A stretch of 63,888 bases of DNA, the filler included, from Octopus bimaculoides (Eukaryota): NCBI RefSeq assembly GCF_001194135.2. It is 5 parts of 4 records of this genome, joined end to end, with 100 filler letters (N's around TTAATTAATTAA, not from the genome) between each part and the next. Parts side by side here need not be neighbours in the genome. Positions count along the whole stretch, not along the records: positions 1 to 22,258 come from NC_068985.1; positions 22,359 to 42,561 come from NC_068991.1; 3 more parts are not named here. One strand, written 5' to 3'. The translations under genes were made by a program, and so were the position numbers. A model generated the notes under the pieces. The model was not told the DNA's origin, searched no databases, and saw nothing but the letters and a program-made list of their open reading frames with translations. Below are positions 11,474 through 22,691 of this stretch, in pieces. Every line of letters begins with the position of its first letter. The first letter of the stretch is position 1.

Positions 11474-12401
11474 CTGAAAACACATTGAAAAATATATATT
11501 GAATATAATTCATTATAATCACATGTACGGTATATCGGCTAATTTAAAGTATAATACAACAAATATATTACCTGATGATATTTACGTTACTGAAGTAGAA
11601 TAACATTGAAGCAGTTTTTATGATTTACTTTATGGAATAAAATGCATCATGACCAACAACTTTTTATCTTTACCTATTTGCATGTGTACGAAGGAAGGCA
11701 GTATTATTGTTGCTGTTAGGGCTTAGTCCCAGAGCAGCACTCACCGAACAGATCTATGACCAATAACGTTTCATATGCGGCAATACGATTGTTAAAAAAT
11801 ATTATGTAGAATTACGCATATATTTATGAAGCCATAGCAGGAGAGTTAAGAATATCGNNNNNNNNNNNNNNNNNNCTGCACAATATCTCCCTCCATGACA
11901 TCTTGGGCGAATGTCAGTTTCTACAGCCTGCGAATGATCGAAACATTGTGAATAATACTGGATAAACATATCCTCTGTAGACTGCACATGTAGTTGAAAA
12001 AAGCAGCCTACTCACTTAATGTATGATGATGATTATCTGTTCTTTAAGGTTTCATCTGTAAAAGGAATACTCTTTCACTTACATCATAATATAATGATAA
12101 GGCAGCTCCTCGAAAACCTAATATATTTATAGATGAATAATTCATTTACTGTTAAATTATGCGTAACGTTTCATCCGTTAAGACTGTAATAAATGACTTC
12201 AGGTAGAATTGGCTGAGGTACCTAGCAAAAGAGCGAGTTCAGTATAGTCAGGCGACTGTGATAAATTCTGTTGTTAGATTTTAAACCAAACATTAGAAAT
12301 GCATTTTTTCAAAGTAGAAAAAAAAANNNNNNNNNNNNNNNNNNNNNNNNNNNNNNNNNNNNNNNNNNNNNNNNNNNNNNNNNNNNNNNNNNNNNNNNNN
12401 N

Positions 12402-12512
12402 TAAGAAATCTATCCGGATTAAAGTCGTTCGGATTAGTAAAGTGTTTCGGATCTCTATGTAAGCTCGAAAGGAATATTGACATATTCGTCCCTTTCTTCA
12501 CTTTGTAATTAC
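12402..12512 (-). CDS. CYP gene B, PERF exon, visible 5' part (G-NYKVKKGTNMSIFLSSLHRDPKHFTNPNDFNPDRFL...)
   Basis: Acceptor tttttacag|GT AAT, phase 1, with LHRDP and FNPDRF meander motifs. The exon runs into the 75-N gap 12327-12401, which must hold the FxxGxRxCxG heme motif. Confidence 0.92.
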
Positions 12513-13400
12513 CTGTAAAAATGATTGTAGTACATTAAATCATAGTCATTCTTACAGGTAAACATAGCTACAACTAATTTCATTTATCATTCTGCAGTGG
12601 AGGAGATAGTATAGATATCTAGAAAGAAAATGAAGGCTGTTTAATAGGAAATCTGATAGCATGCTATATAAAGAGACTTAATATATGGAGGGACTTACGG
12701 GCAAGATAAAGNNNNNNNNNNGCTATATAAAGAGACTTAATATATGGAGGGACTTACGGGCAAGATAAAGCTGAAGTTGCGTTTCATAAGGGTTTCTGCG
12801 TGGGAAGCATATAAAAAAATTTGGTCCATAAGCCACTGGACGTTCGCATTTAGGCAATACCGGAAGAAGTATAATTCCACNNNNNNNNNNTAAGATACTG
12901 GGAAGACACAACGTTACCTCCCTGACTAGCCATGTTTGGTGCATAAAATAGAGAGTAACCCCATATATAATTCAATGGAAGCTCTTTGAACAGCTATGAG
13001 CTTATATAAACAGAAGCAAACGATGTAAGGTTTGCTTGACTGAAAGGGCAAGAATTAACACGCNNNNNNNNNNNNNNNNNNNNNNNNNNNNNNNNNNNNN
13101 NNNNNNNNNNNNNNNNNNAAAAAAAAAAAAATCGCTTGACCCGGAGAAGATTTTAAACTCCAGGAATCAGGTATTCAGTCAATGCCTGCATCTAAAATGT
13201 TTCATGCTTCAGACTTGGAATTCCTCATTCATTGAAGAGTTCCACCACAGACACACTCACGCACATACACACACACAGACGCACTCACACACACAAACGC
13301 ACACACATACAAACATANNNNNNNNNNACACACACAGACGCACTCACACACACAAACGCACACACATACAAACATACGTACACAAACACAATCACATATG

Positions 13401-13431
<31 letters not shown>

Positions 13432-13719
13432 NNNNNNNNNNNNNNNNNNNNNNNNNNNNNNNNNNNNNNNNNNNNNNNNNNNNNNNNNNNNNNNNNNNNN
13501 NNNNNNNNNNNNNNNNNNNNNNNNNNNNNNNNNNNNNNNNNNNNNNNNNNNNNNNNNNNNNNNNNNNNNNNNNNNNNNNNNNNNNNNNNNNNNNNNNNNN
13601 NNNNNNNNNNNNNNNNNNNNNNNNNNNNNNNNNNNNNNNNNNNNNNNNNNNNNNNNNNNNNNNNNNNNNNNNNNNNNNNNNNNNNNNNNNNNNNNNNNNN
13701 NNNNNNNNNNNNNNNNNNN

Positions 13720-13752
<33 letters not shown>

Positions 13753-13954
13753 TTATATGAATTGCACATATAATTTGTTATTTAGCCACAGTTTAACACT
13801 TATCGAAATTTTTTATGGAAATATATTTCCAATCCGTGGCTATTTAGTTTCCGGTAAAATAGACAGCTATTTCTCTTATGTCAAAAGACCACATAACAGT
13901 TGTCTCATTGACTACTCGAACATAGTTGTGAAAATGTAACAAGAATGAACTCAC

Positions 13955-14021
13955 CAATTTTGAAATCCTCACCAGCTACTCGTCCAATTATTGGTACTGG
14001 CGAATAAAGACGCAGAGATTC
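13955..14021 (-). CDS. CYP gene B, K-helix exon (ESLRLYSPVPIIGRVAGEDFKI-G)
   Basis: 67 nt, phase 0-1, with ExxR (ESLR). Donor G|gtgagt; acceptor ctttctttggag (rare G at -3). Confidence 0.9.
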
Positions 14022-15120
14022 CTCCAAAGAAAGATTACAGGGGTCGTTATTATTATTATCGACTTGATATTAATACTGAAGCATTTTCTTTTTGTAATAC
14101 ACTTTCAAGAAATCTTTAATGNNNNNNNNNNNNNNNNNNNNNNNNNNNNNNNNNNNNNNNNNNNNNNNNNNNNNNNNNNNNNNNNNNNNNNNNNNNNNNN
14201 NNNNNNNNNNNNNNNNNNNNNNNNNNNNNNNNNNNNNNNNNNNNNNNNNNNNNNNNNNNNNNNNNNNNNNNNNNNNNNNNNNNNNNNNNNNNNNNNNNNN
14301 NNNNNNNNNNNNNNNNNNNNNNNNNNNNNNNNNNNNNNNNNNNNNNNNNNNNNNNNNNNNNNNNNNNNNNNNNNNNNNNNNNNNNNNNNNNNNNNNNNNN
14401 NNNNNNNNNNNNNNNNNNNNNNNNNNNNNNNNNNNNNNNNNNNNNNNNNNNNNNNNNNNNNNNNNNNNNNNNNNNNNNNNNNNNNNNNNNNNNNNNNNNN
14501 NNNNNNNNNNNNNNNNNNNNNNNNNNNNNNNNNNNNNNNNNNNNNNNNNNNNNNNNNNNNNNNNNNNNNNNNNNNNNNNNNNNNNNNNNNNNNNNNNNNN
14601 NNNNNNNNNNNNNNNNNNNNNNNNNNNNNNNNNNNNNNNNNNNNNNNNNNNNNNNNNNNNNNNNNNNNNNNNNNNNNNNNNNNNNNNNNNNNNNNNNNNN
14701 NNNNNNNNNNNNNNNNNNNNNNNNNNNNNNNNNNNNNNNNNNNNNNNNNNNNNNNNNNNNNNNNNNNNNNNNNNNNNNNNNNNNNNNNNNNNNNNNNNNN
14801 NNNNNNNNNNNNNNNNNNNNNNNNNNNNNNNNNNNNNNNNNNNNNNNNNNNNNNNNNNNNNNNNNNNNNNNNNNNNNNNNNNNNNNNNNTACTACTACTA
14901 CTACTACTACTACTGCTACTAATACTAATAATAATAATAATAAATCCTTTCTGTATTGACCACAAGGAACGCACGCAAAAACAAAGGAAAATACACTACA
15001 AAGGACAGTGGGGATNNNNNNNNNNNNNNNNNNNNNNNNNNNNNNNNNNNNNNNNNNNNNNNNNNNNNNNNNNNNNNNNNNNNNNNNNNNNNNNNNNNNN
15101 NNNNNNNNNNNNNAATATAA

Positions 15121-15525
15121 CCAATTGAGGTTTATTCGTCAATGTAGGCCCCTTCCCCTTGCGGTCCACACTCCTCTTTCATCGGTGCTGTAGTGCTTGG
15201 ATCCCATTGCTGAAAAAAGCTTTCATCCTGTTTGTTAAAAATGTCATCAACTGCAAATATGACGTTGTCATCACTGTGGTGTTGGTTGCCAGTTAAGTTA
15301 NNNNNNNNNNTTTTTTCAAGTTGGGGAATAGATGATAGACCGGAGTAAAATCACAATTGGGTGGTGGTAGTCAACCAGATCAAAGCAACAATCAAGCAAA
15401 ACAGTGCTGGAGTATTGTCCTATTGAAACGAAACCCATTTCTTCAGTTTTCCTGGGCCTTTGGTCTTGATAGCCTTTCGTAAGTGCTTCAGCAAGTTGGT
15501 ATAGTACTTTCATATTCGCAGAGGA
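15121..15525 (-). mobile_element. mariner transposase C-terminal remnant
   Basis: KYYTNLLKHLRKAIKTKGPGKLKK...Q*DNTPA and YHLFPNLKK..TGNQHHSDDNVIFAVDDIF...NGIQALQHR*KRSVDRKG match the mariner DD34D C-terminus; contains stops and frameshifts. Confidence 0.85.
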
Positions 15526-16399
15526 AAGGTACGGCTTGCTGTCGAGGTAGGAAGTGAAATCCACTTCCAGCTCCAACCAAACGCGCGGTCCGTACAGTCC
15601 AGCAAAATGTCACTGAAATTCCGTATACATTTGCAAGGACTCGAGTAGCAGGAGCTCGTCNNNNNNNNNNNNNNNNNNNNNNNNNNNNNNNNNNNNNNNN
15701 NNNNNNNNNNNNNNNNNNNNNNNNNNCTGTCACCCAGGCCCATCCCGTCGTGTCTTCATGCACACATCTCAGTTCTGAAAACTCAACCTTCCTACTTGGC
15801 ATTGAAGAACTCTCGCCCCCAGCACTTCGGTCGCTATGGCTCAGCCAAATGCCTCTTCTAGTTTCCTAAATATGTCTCCCTGTATCCTAGATTCCTTTAA
15901 CGCTGTTATCTTACTAAACCCTAACACCTCTACTCTAATGGCCCTTCTCAGGGCTATCCATCATCGATCGTTGACGATTGCACCCGACAACTTCCAATGG
16001 GATAACTTGCTAACTTTCATCTTTGGAATCCTTCCTTTTTAGGCCGGTAAAACTCTATAATTCTGTTTTTCTTCATATTTGTTAACCTCTACAAATGTTT
16101 AAATTGTGTCAAACGTTATCGATGTTTCCAATGCAGAGGTTCTGGGCAAGATAAAGGAAAATCCTTTACTGTGTTTACATGTTAAAGCATGAGTTGAAAA
16201 TATTAAATATTACACCCCTCTTATTACACATGAATAATGTTCACTTGACTTATTTGATAATTTGGTAATTGCAATTAACACATGAATTACATGCGATGAA
16301 CACATACTTTCATATAGTTATTCGTAGAATCTATATTTNNNNNNNNNNCATGCGATGAACACATACTTTCATATAGTTATTCGTAGAATCTATATTTAC

Positions 16400-16464
16400 C
16401 TTGATAACACCTTCCGTATAGACCAGTTTATTGTAATTTGATGTATTGATTTGGTCATTTTCCT
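16400..16464 (-). CDS. CYP gene B, J/K-helix exon (Q-ENDQINTSNYNKLVYTEGVIK)
   Basis: ttattcaag|AG GAA...ATC AAG|gtaaat, 65 nt, phase 1-0. It joins in frame to both neighbours and resembles L.YLECVIK before ExxR. Confidence 0.85.
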
Positions 16465-16869
16465 CTTGAATAATAAAGTAAAACAATTAAATATTGACAT
16501 ACACAGGAGAATTTACCATAATATATCTAACATTTAGGTAATTTTGGTACTACCACCCAAAGGACTCCTAAAAGTTAACTATAGCTTAAAACTCTTTCAG
16601 TAATGGGCCAATCATTGGAGCCTCGTNNNNNNNNNNTTCCCTCCTCCTGTACTTTGTCTCCTTAAATGAATGATCTATCACAGGCCGGCTTATCCTGTTG
16701 GTGAAGAATTGCAAGAAACCGACAACATTCCATGTGTCAGATTAGAAATGTACTACATATCTTACAAATGTCAATCATACCTAACAGTCCAGCAACCTTT
16801 GCTGTTACCATAATTTCAGAANNNNNNNNNNNNNNNNNNNNNNNNNNNNNNNNNNNNNNNNNNTGAGAA

Positions 16870-19499
16870 GATTTTAGAAGATGTATAATAGATAAGGAAG
16901 TAACATCTAGAAACTGTTAAACGTGTAAAAGCTTTACTAAAACGTAGGCTATAAATGCCAGGATGCAACGACAACAAAAGCCCATATATAACTAATGCTC
17001 TCAAAAATCTGAAGAAGAGAGTAGGAGTAAGCTTAGAAGAGACTGAAAACTGACGTTGGTGGGTTCTTTTTAAGTGTACTTAGAAAGTGAACCTAAAAGA
17101 AGGGGTTATAGAAAACAGATGTTAACACTTCGGGTAAAGAAGGGAACGTTTAAAATGACTGAGAAGAGACAAGTAGACCAAGATAATGCTATTAGGAGAA
17201 GAAAGTAAATTACAGAATTGGAGGAAGAAGCGATCACTAGAGAACTAGGAAAGAAAGACCAAAGTAGTAGAAAATCCAAACAACAACATAAGAGATACAG
17301 TTCAAACCAAAGAAGAACGGTGAGTAAAGAAGAAAAATATTATCAGTATTAAACGGTGTAGATAGAAGGGTTGCTGCTAAATGCGACTAAGAAAGTAGAT
17401 TCTGCTATCAGCTGGACAAATATTAAAAAAATAGGTGACATTAATTTATTTATCTATGCAGAGGGGTAGTAGTTACTAGAAGATTAGCCATTCCTCAAGG
17501 AAAGATTAGTAAAGAGCAAATGTAGAGAAGGAGATTAAAAAATAAAATGAAAAACTTTAGGCAAGATCTGAGTATAATAGAAGCTTGGAAACGGAAGAAG
17601 TTGTGAAACACAAGATTTAAATTCTTGAGAAAAACACTTAGTCAAACAGAAAGGATTTCGGACAGTTATGGAAGAGAGGAGATAGCGTATCATAACAAAT
17701 CTTTCCAAATATCAGAAAAGAATAAATCAGTGTCAACGGGACAGATTGTTTGAAACAAACCAGACAAAGCAATTCTAAAAAATGTGAAATCTAGAAATAA
17801 ATGTTTAGCAATAGCATGAATCGATTATAAAAAAGCTTATGAGATAATTCCACACCCATGGATAAGTGAATGTTTGGGTGTATTGAGTTTTGCAGACAGC
17901 ATAAGAGAGTTAATTAGCTATAGTATGAAGAAATGGAAAGTCGATTTCTACTTAAGTGACACAGTCTTTGGGAAAGTTAATATCAAGAGTGGAATTTTCC
18001 ACGGAGACTAGTTATCACCCTTAATATTTGTGTTATACTTAAACTCCTTCTGTTTACAAGTAAGAAAGGTTAAGTAGGGTACCAGTCTAGAGATATTACA
18101 GGAAAAATTAACCATTTGCTCTAAATGGAGGATTTTAAGCTTTTTATTAAGAATAAAAACAGATAGCTTCCTTAATACAAGCTGTAAGACTCTTCAGCAA
18201 AGATACAGGTATGGAGTTTGACATAGATAAGTGCACAAAATTTGTCATAAAAAGGGAACATGCAGCCTGCAGATGGCCGGATATTAAAATCTCTGAAAGA
18301 AGGAGTGAGTTATAAGTATCTAGAAGTATTAGAATCCCACAATGCACTAACTAAAGAAATGAAAACGAAAATTAAGTACACGAGAAGGGTTACTTAAGTA
18401 TTCAGAAGTTTGGAGATATCTTTACTTAGGTTATTCATTATCTTTTGTACATTGGACAAAATCTGAATTAGTAAATCTAGACATAAGAACTGGGAAGGAA
18501 TTCAATATGAATGAAGGACTTCACCCATGAGCAGGAGTAGCAAGATTATACTGACCTAGAAAGGAAGGTGGTAGAGGGTTAATATCTGTAGAAGACTGCG
18601 TGGAGTTATCTAGAGTAGATATAGCCTCCTATGTAGGTAATAGTGAAGAAAGTTTATTAAGAACTGCTAGAGTAGGGCAGACGGAAATAAAAGAAGACAA
18701 ATGAAGTTTGAAAATAGGAAAAAGAAGAAAATGATCTAACTAGCAAGAGAAGGCTTTGCATGATAGATTCCCAAGGATGCTTGTAGGAAACAGTTATGGT
18801 AAGACATGGTTATGCTTACAGAAAAAAGGCTGGAAAGGGGGGCAATTTGTTAGTAGCCGACACAAGATCAAGCATAGAAGACTAGTTGGATAAAAGCCAA
18901 TATTGACAAAAATCAGCTAAGTTCCCATTGTAAGTTTTGTAAGTTATGTAAATCAAAAGAGGAAAGCGTTACTCGTATTGTAAGCGAATCTAGCATGTTG
19001 GCAGAGGAAGAATACAAGTAAAAACATGGCAATCTAGGGAGAATAATCCATTGAGAGTTATGTCGAAAGCTAGGATTTGATCATATTGATAAATGGTATG
19101 AAGATGAACCTAGTGAAGTTCTCGAAAGTAAGAAATGTAAATGNNNNNNNNNNNNNNNNNNNNNACTGACAGTGTAATAAAGGCTAGAAGGCCTGATTTA
19201 GAAGTGGTAGACAAAGATAGTAGAACGTGCCAGATAATTGAATTTTCAGTTCCAAATGATGAGAACCTCAATATGAGAAGCATCAAGAAAATAGCAATGT
19301 ACCAGGACCTAGCCATTGAGTTACAGATGCTATTGGAAAGTGTGGGTAAAACGTATCCCTGTATGGTGCATTGGGAGGTATCCCTAAAGATTTAACAAAT
19401 GGATTGAGGAAATAGGCCGAAAACGTAATTAACGGCAGCTCCAGTAAATAGTGATGTTAGGCACAACTAAGATACTGAGGAAGATACTGGGCATCTAGC
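16870..19499 (+). mobile_element. Degenerate R4/Dong-like non-LTR retrotransposon (RT + zinc knuckle + RLE endonuclease) in a CYP gene B intron
   Basis: Fragments WIDYKKAY, GIFHGD*LSPLIF, INHLL*MEDFKL, C..CKSKEESVTRIVS, KARRPDLEVVDK...IIEFSVPND and terminal TKILRKILGI*. Many stops. Confidence 0.88.
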
Positions 19500-19696
19500 C
19501 CAATGTTAAGAATTTTTCTTTTCCAACACATTTCAACATGATGTGCGTGTATGAATTAACAATCCTTTCTTCTAAAGACATAAGACCTGAAATTTTGTAA
19601 TCAATTGATAGTTATTTCATCGACTGCAAAGGGGAATAAGCAAAGTCAACCTCAGCGAAATAACATGACAAAAGTTTGTATACATTTGCAACTTAC

Positions 19697-19799
19697 GAAA
19701 AAAAACGTCAATTTCCTCTTGTAACTTCTTTTGCACATCTGGATACGAAGATACTAAAAGTATTATCCACTGTAAAGTTGTAGACATTGTATCCGTACC
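19697..19799 (-). CDS. CYP gene B, distal I-helix exon (GTDTMSTTLQWIILLVSSYPDVQKKLQEEIDVFF)
   Basis: ctaccag|GGT...TTT C|gtaagt, 103 nt, phase 0-1. It corresponds to GHDTT...W.L....PEVQ.K..EE.D of CYP4. Confidence 0.93.
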
Positions 19800-20192
19800 C
19801 TGGTAGAATAGAATATGTATTAGATTTTACTGAGTAATTTCATAAGGCTGATAATATAGTTGGGTTAGCCTCGATGAATATGAAAATGGTTTAAAATGTA
19901 AATGAACTCCAGTGAGAATTGAAATCTAAATGACGATGTGTCAGATATATTTTCTCTTTTACGTGTTTGAGTTATTGTATAGTGGCCTTGCTGGTATACC
20001 ACTTTCAAGGGTTTAGTCGTCGAAATCCATCTCAGTACTTAATGACTTTTCCCGTCAAGTACCTAAGTTATCGCTCTCTTCGGCCTAATGCTACGCAAAG
20101 TGTAAACAAAGCAACAGTGATTGTCATGTGGTGAGTGAGACGACTAATAATACGAAGACATACATACATACACATATATGTATATGTAAATA

Positions 20193-20231
<39 letters not shown>

Positions 20232-20629
20232 NNNNNNNNNNNNNNNNNNNNNNNNNNNNNNNNNNNNNNNNNNNNNNNNNNNNNNNNNNNNNNNNNNNNN
20301 NNNNNNNNNNNNNNNNNNNNNNNNNNNNNNNNNNNNNNNNNNNNNNNNNNNNNNNNNNNNNNNNNNNNNNNNNNNNNNNNNNNNNNNNNNNNNNNNNNNN
20401 NNNNNNNNNNNNNNNNNNNNNNNNNNNNNNNNNNNNNNNNNNNNNNNNNNNNNNNNNNNNNNNNNNNNNNNNNNNNNNNNNNNNNNNNNNNNNNNNNNNN
20501 NNNNNNNNNNNNNNNNNNNNNNNNNNNNNNNNNNNNNNNNNNNNNNNNTGACCAAAGGCTTCTTTCCTGAAGTTTAAAAGGGCCTCCGGGTCAAGCAGGT
20601 TTTTCAGGATTCTTGCTCTCTCTGCCAAG

Positions 20630-20880
20630 CAAAGCTTATATTGGTTTACATAGAGATGACGCTCTATAGGAGCCAATGGGCATAACTTAGACTTATGAAT
20701 ACCCTAATTAACTCTCTTAGCCCCATGGGCCTCAAGGTTGCAACTTTACCACTGTAAACTATTTAGATGTTACGGTGGACATGGTCTCCTGTTCAAACAA
20801 GCCCTACCACAAACCAAACTAGAGGTTGCCCTATATCAACATAGCTTCCCGCTATCTGCCTATCATGTTTAGGAACCTAG
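20630..20880 (+). mobile_element. Penelope-like element RT fragment
   Basis: YIGLHRDDAL...TVNYLDVTVDM...KPYHKPN*RLPYINIAS matches the PLE RT/thumb pattern GLYRDDGL...VNFLDVT...KPY.KPN..LYIN..S. Confidence 0.75.
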
Positions 20881-21092
20881 TGAAAGCGCGTGGCCTAGTG
20901 CTTAGGATGATGCACGCACGATCTCATGATCGTGGTTTCGGTTCCCGGACTGGAAAATTTGTTCATGAACAAAATACTTCATTCCACTTTGCTCTTGTCC
21001 ACTACGCTGTAAATAAGTAACCCAGCAGCAAACTAGCGTTCACTTCCGGATGAATATCTCGGTCGTCATGGAAAATGGATAACCAACCCAAT
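20880..21092 (+). mobile_element. tRNA-derived SINE fragment
   Basis: GAAAGCGCGTGGCCTAGTGCTTAGG...GGTTCCCGG head followed by ACTTCATTCCACTTTGCTC, as in the other copies. Confidence 0.55.
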
Positions 21093-21337
21093 GNNNNNNN
21101 NNNNNNNNNNNNNNNNNNNNNNNNNNNNNNNNNNNNNNNNNNNNNNNNNNNNNNNNNNNNNNNNNGGTAGAGAGAAATCCCATGTAGATCGAAATATCGA
21201 ACTCTAAATCTATTATTATAAATGGTTGTTTTATGAAAGATGATATAAAAACGATGCCAATTCAGATATTTTATCATATGATGAATATTCATAAATATTA
21301 CCATGTAATGAATATTCATATTTAGAAATAAACTTAC

Positions 21338-21508
21338 CCCGAACACAACGTTCTCCAGCTCTTCTCTCATGAACTTTTTGTCGACTTTTCCTTCGAAGTA
21401 CTTATCAAAAAAAGTATCCACTAAGGTAATATTTTCCATTCTCCGAGCCTGTTCCTCTTTACTGCTATTCATATTTTCTTGATATACTACACTGCGTTCA
21501 TCGATTAT
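21338..21508 (-). CDS. CYP gene B, G/H/I-helix exon (IIDERSVVYQENMNSSKEEQARRMENITLVDTFFDKYFEGKVDKKFMREELENVVFG)
   Basis: ttttttatag|ATA...GGG|gtaagt, 171 nt, phase 0-0. It parallels VI.ER...FLD.LL...IREEVDTFMFE. Upstream exons are not visible before the join at 22259. Confidence 0.9.
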
Positions 21509-22258
21509 CTATAAAAAATAAAACAAGTTGGAACTGTGTTAAATAATATTCTTTTCTACTCTANNNNNNNNNNNNNNNNNNNNNNNNNNNNNNNNNNNNN
21601 NNNNNNNNNNNNNNNNNNNNNNNNNNNNNNNNNNNNNNNNNNNNNNNNNNNNNNNNNNNNNNNNNNNNNNNNNNNNNNNNNNNNNNNNNNNNNNNNNNNN
21701 NNNNNNNNNNNNNNNNNNNNNNNNNNNNNNNNNNNNNNNNNNNNNNNNNNNNNNNNNNNNNNNNNNNNNNNNNNNNNNNNNNAAGTAACACGTCAAATTT
21801 GTGCGAAATCCGTTTGGCTGAAAATGGGTTGCGGACAATTTGATTGGGAAATACCATAAAGAATCGGTTTATTGATGTTTCCACTCAGCGATTGTTTTNN
21901 NNNNNNNNTTGAGAACTTAAAGCATTCAAAGATCCCATGAGTCGTAAGTAACGCCGGCATCAAGTTTGAACAACATACATCAAAACTGGTAAAAGTTATG
22001 GTTGAAAATGGGGTGTAGCCAATTNNNNNNNNNNAGTTATGGTTGAAAATGGGGTGTAGCCAATTTTAGTGGGAAATCCTATAAAGAATCGGTTTATCGA
22101 TTTTTAAAATCCTGATTAAATGGAAAACCCCATAAGGAANNNNNNNNNNGTTTATTGATTTTTCACGCCCCTCAATAAGACTTAACCGAACACAACATTG
22201 CTGATTCAAAAAAATCTATGTTTATACTTTAAAGTTGGTTTTCACATCCAACCCAGTT

Positions 22259-22358
22259 NNNNNNNNNNNNNNNNNNNNNNNNNNNNNNNNNNNNNNNNNN
22301 NNTTAATTAATTAANNNNNNNNNNNNNNNNNNNNNNNNNNNNNNNNNNNNNNNNNNNN
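22259..22358. other. Artificial scaffold join (44 N + TTAATTAATTAA + 44 N)
   Basis: Exactly 100 nt. TTAATTAATTAA gives stops in all six frames, and an identical structure recurs three more times. Confidence 0.92.
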
Positions 22359-22651
22359 ATATATATATATATATATATATATAAACTAATAAACATGCAT
22401 TATCTATAAATACTTATTGTATAGATATATATTCACATATACGTGCAAAACAAAGGGGAGAAAATAGCACTCGATTACCAAATGTAGAGGACAATAGTGT
22501 TTTGTTAAAACCGAAAACATTCACAAAAGGTTACCCAGAACTTTACTTAACACAGCAGCAGATCGCGATGAGTATCAATAAAGCGCTATTATTATATACA
22601 CTCATACATACTCACATAAATTTATACTATCTATCTATCTATCTATCTATC

Positions 22652-22691
<40 letters not shown>

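Noticed and set aside
12661-12770. Direct repeats flanking 10-N gaps (also ~13250/13328, ~16290/16349, ~21987/22035, ~41055/42066)
   Set aside because: Exact contig-end overlaps around gaps; assembly artefacts rather than biological duplications.
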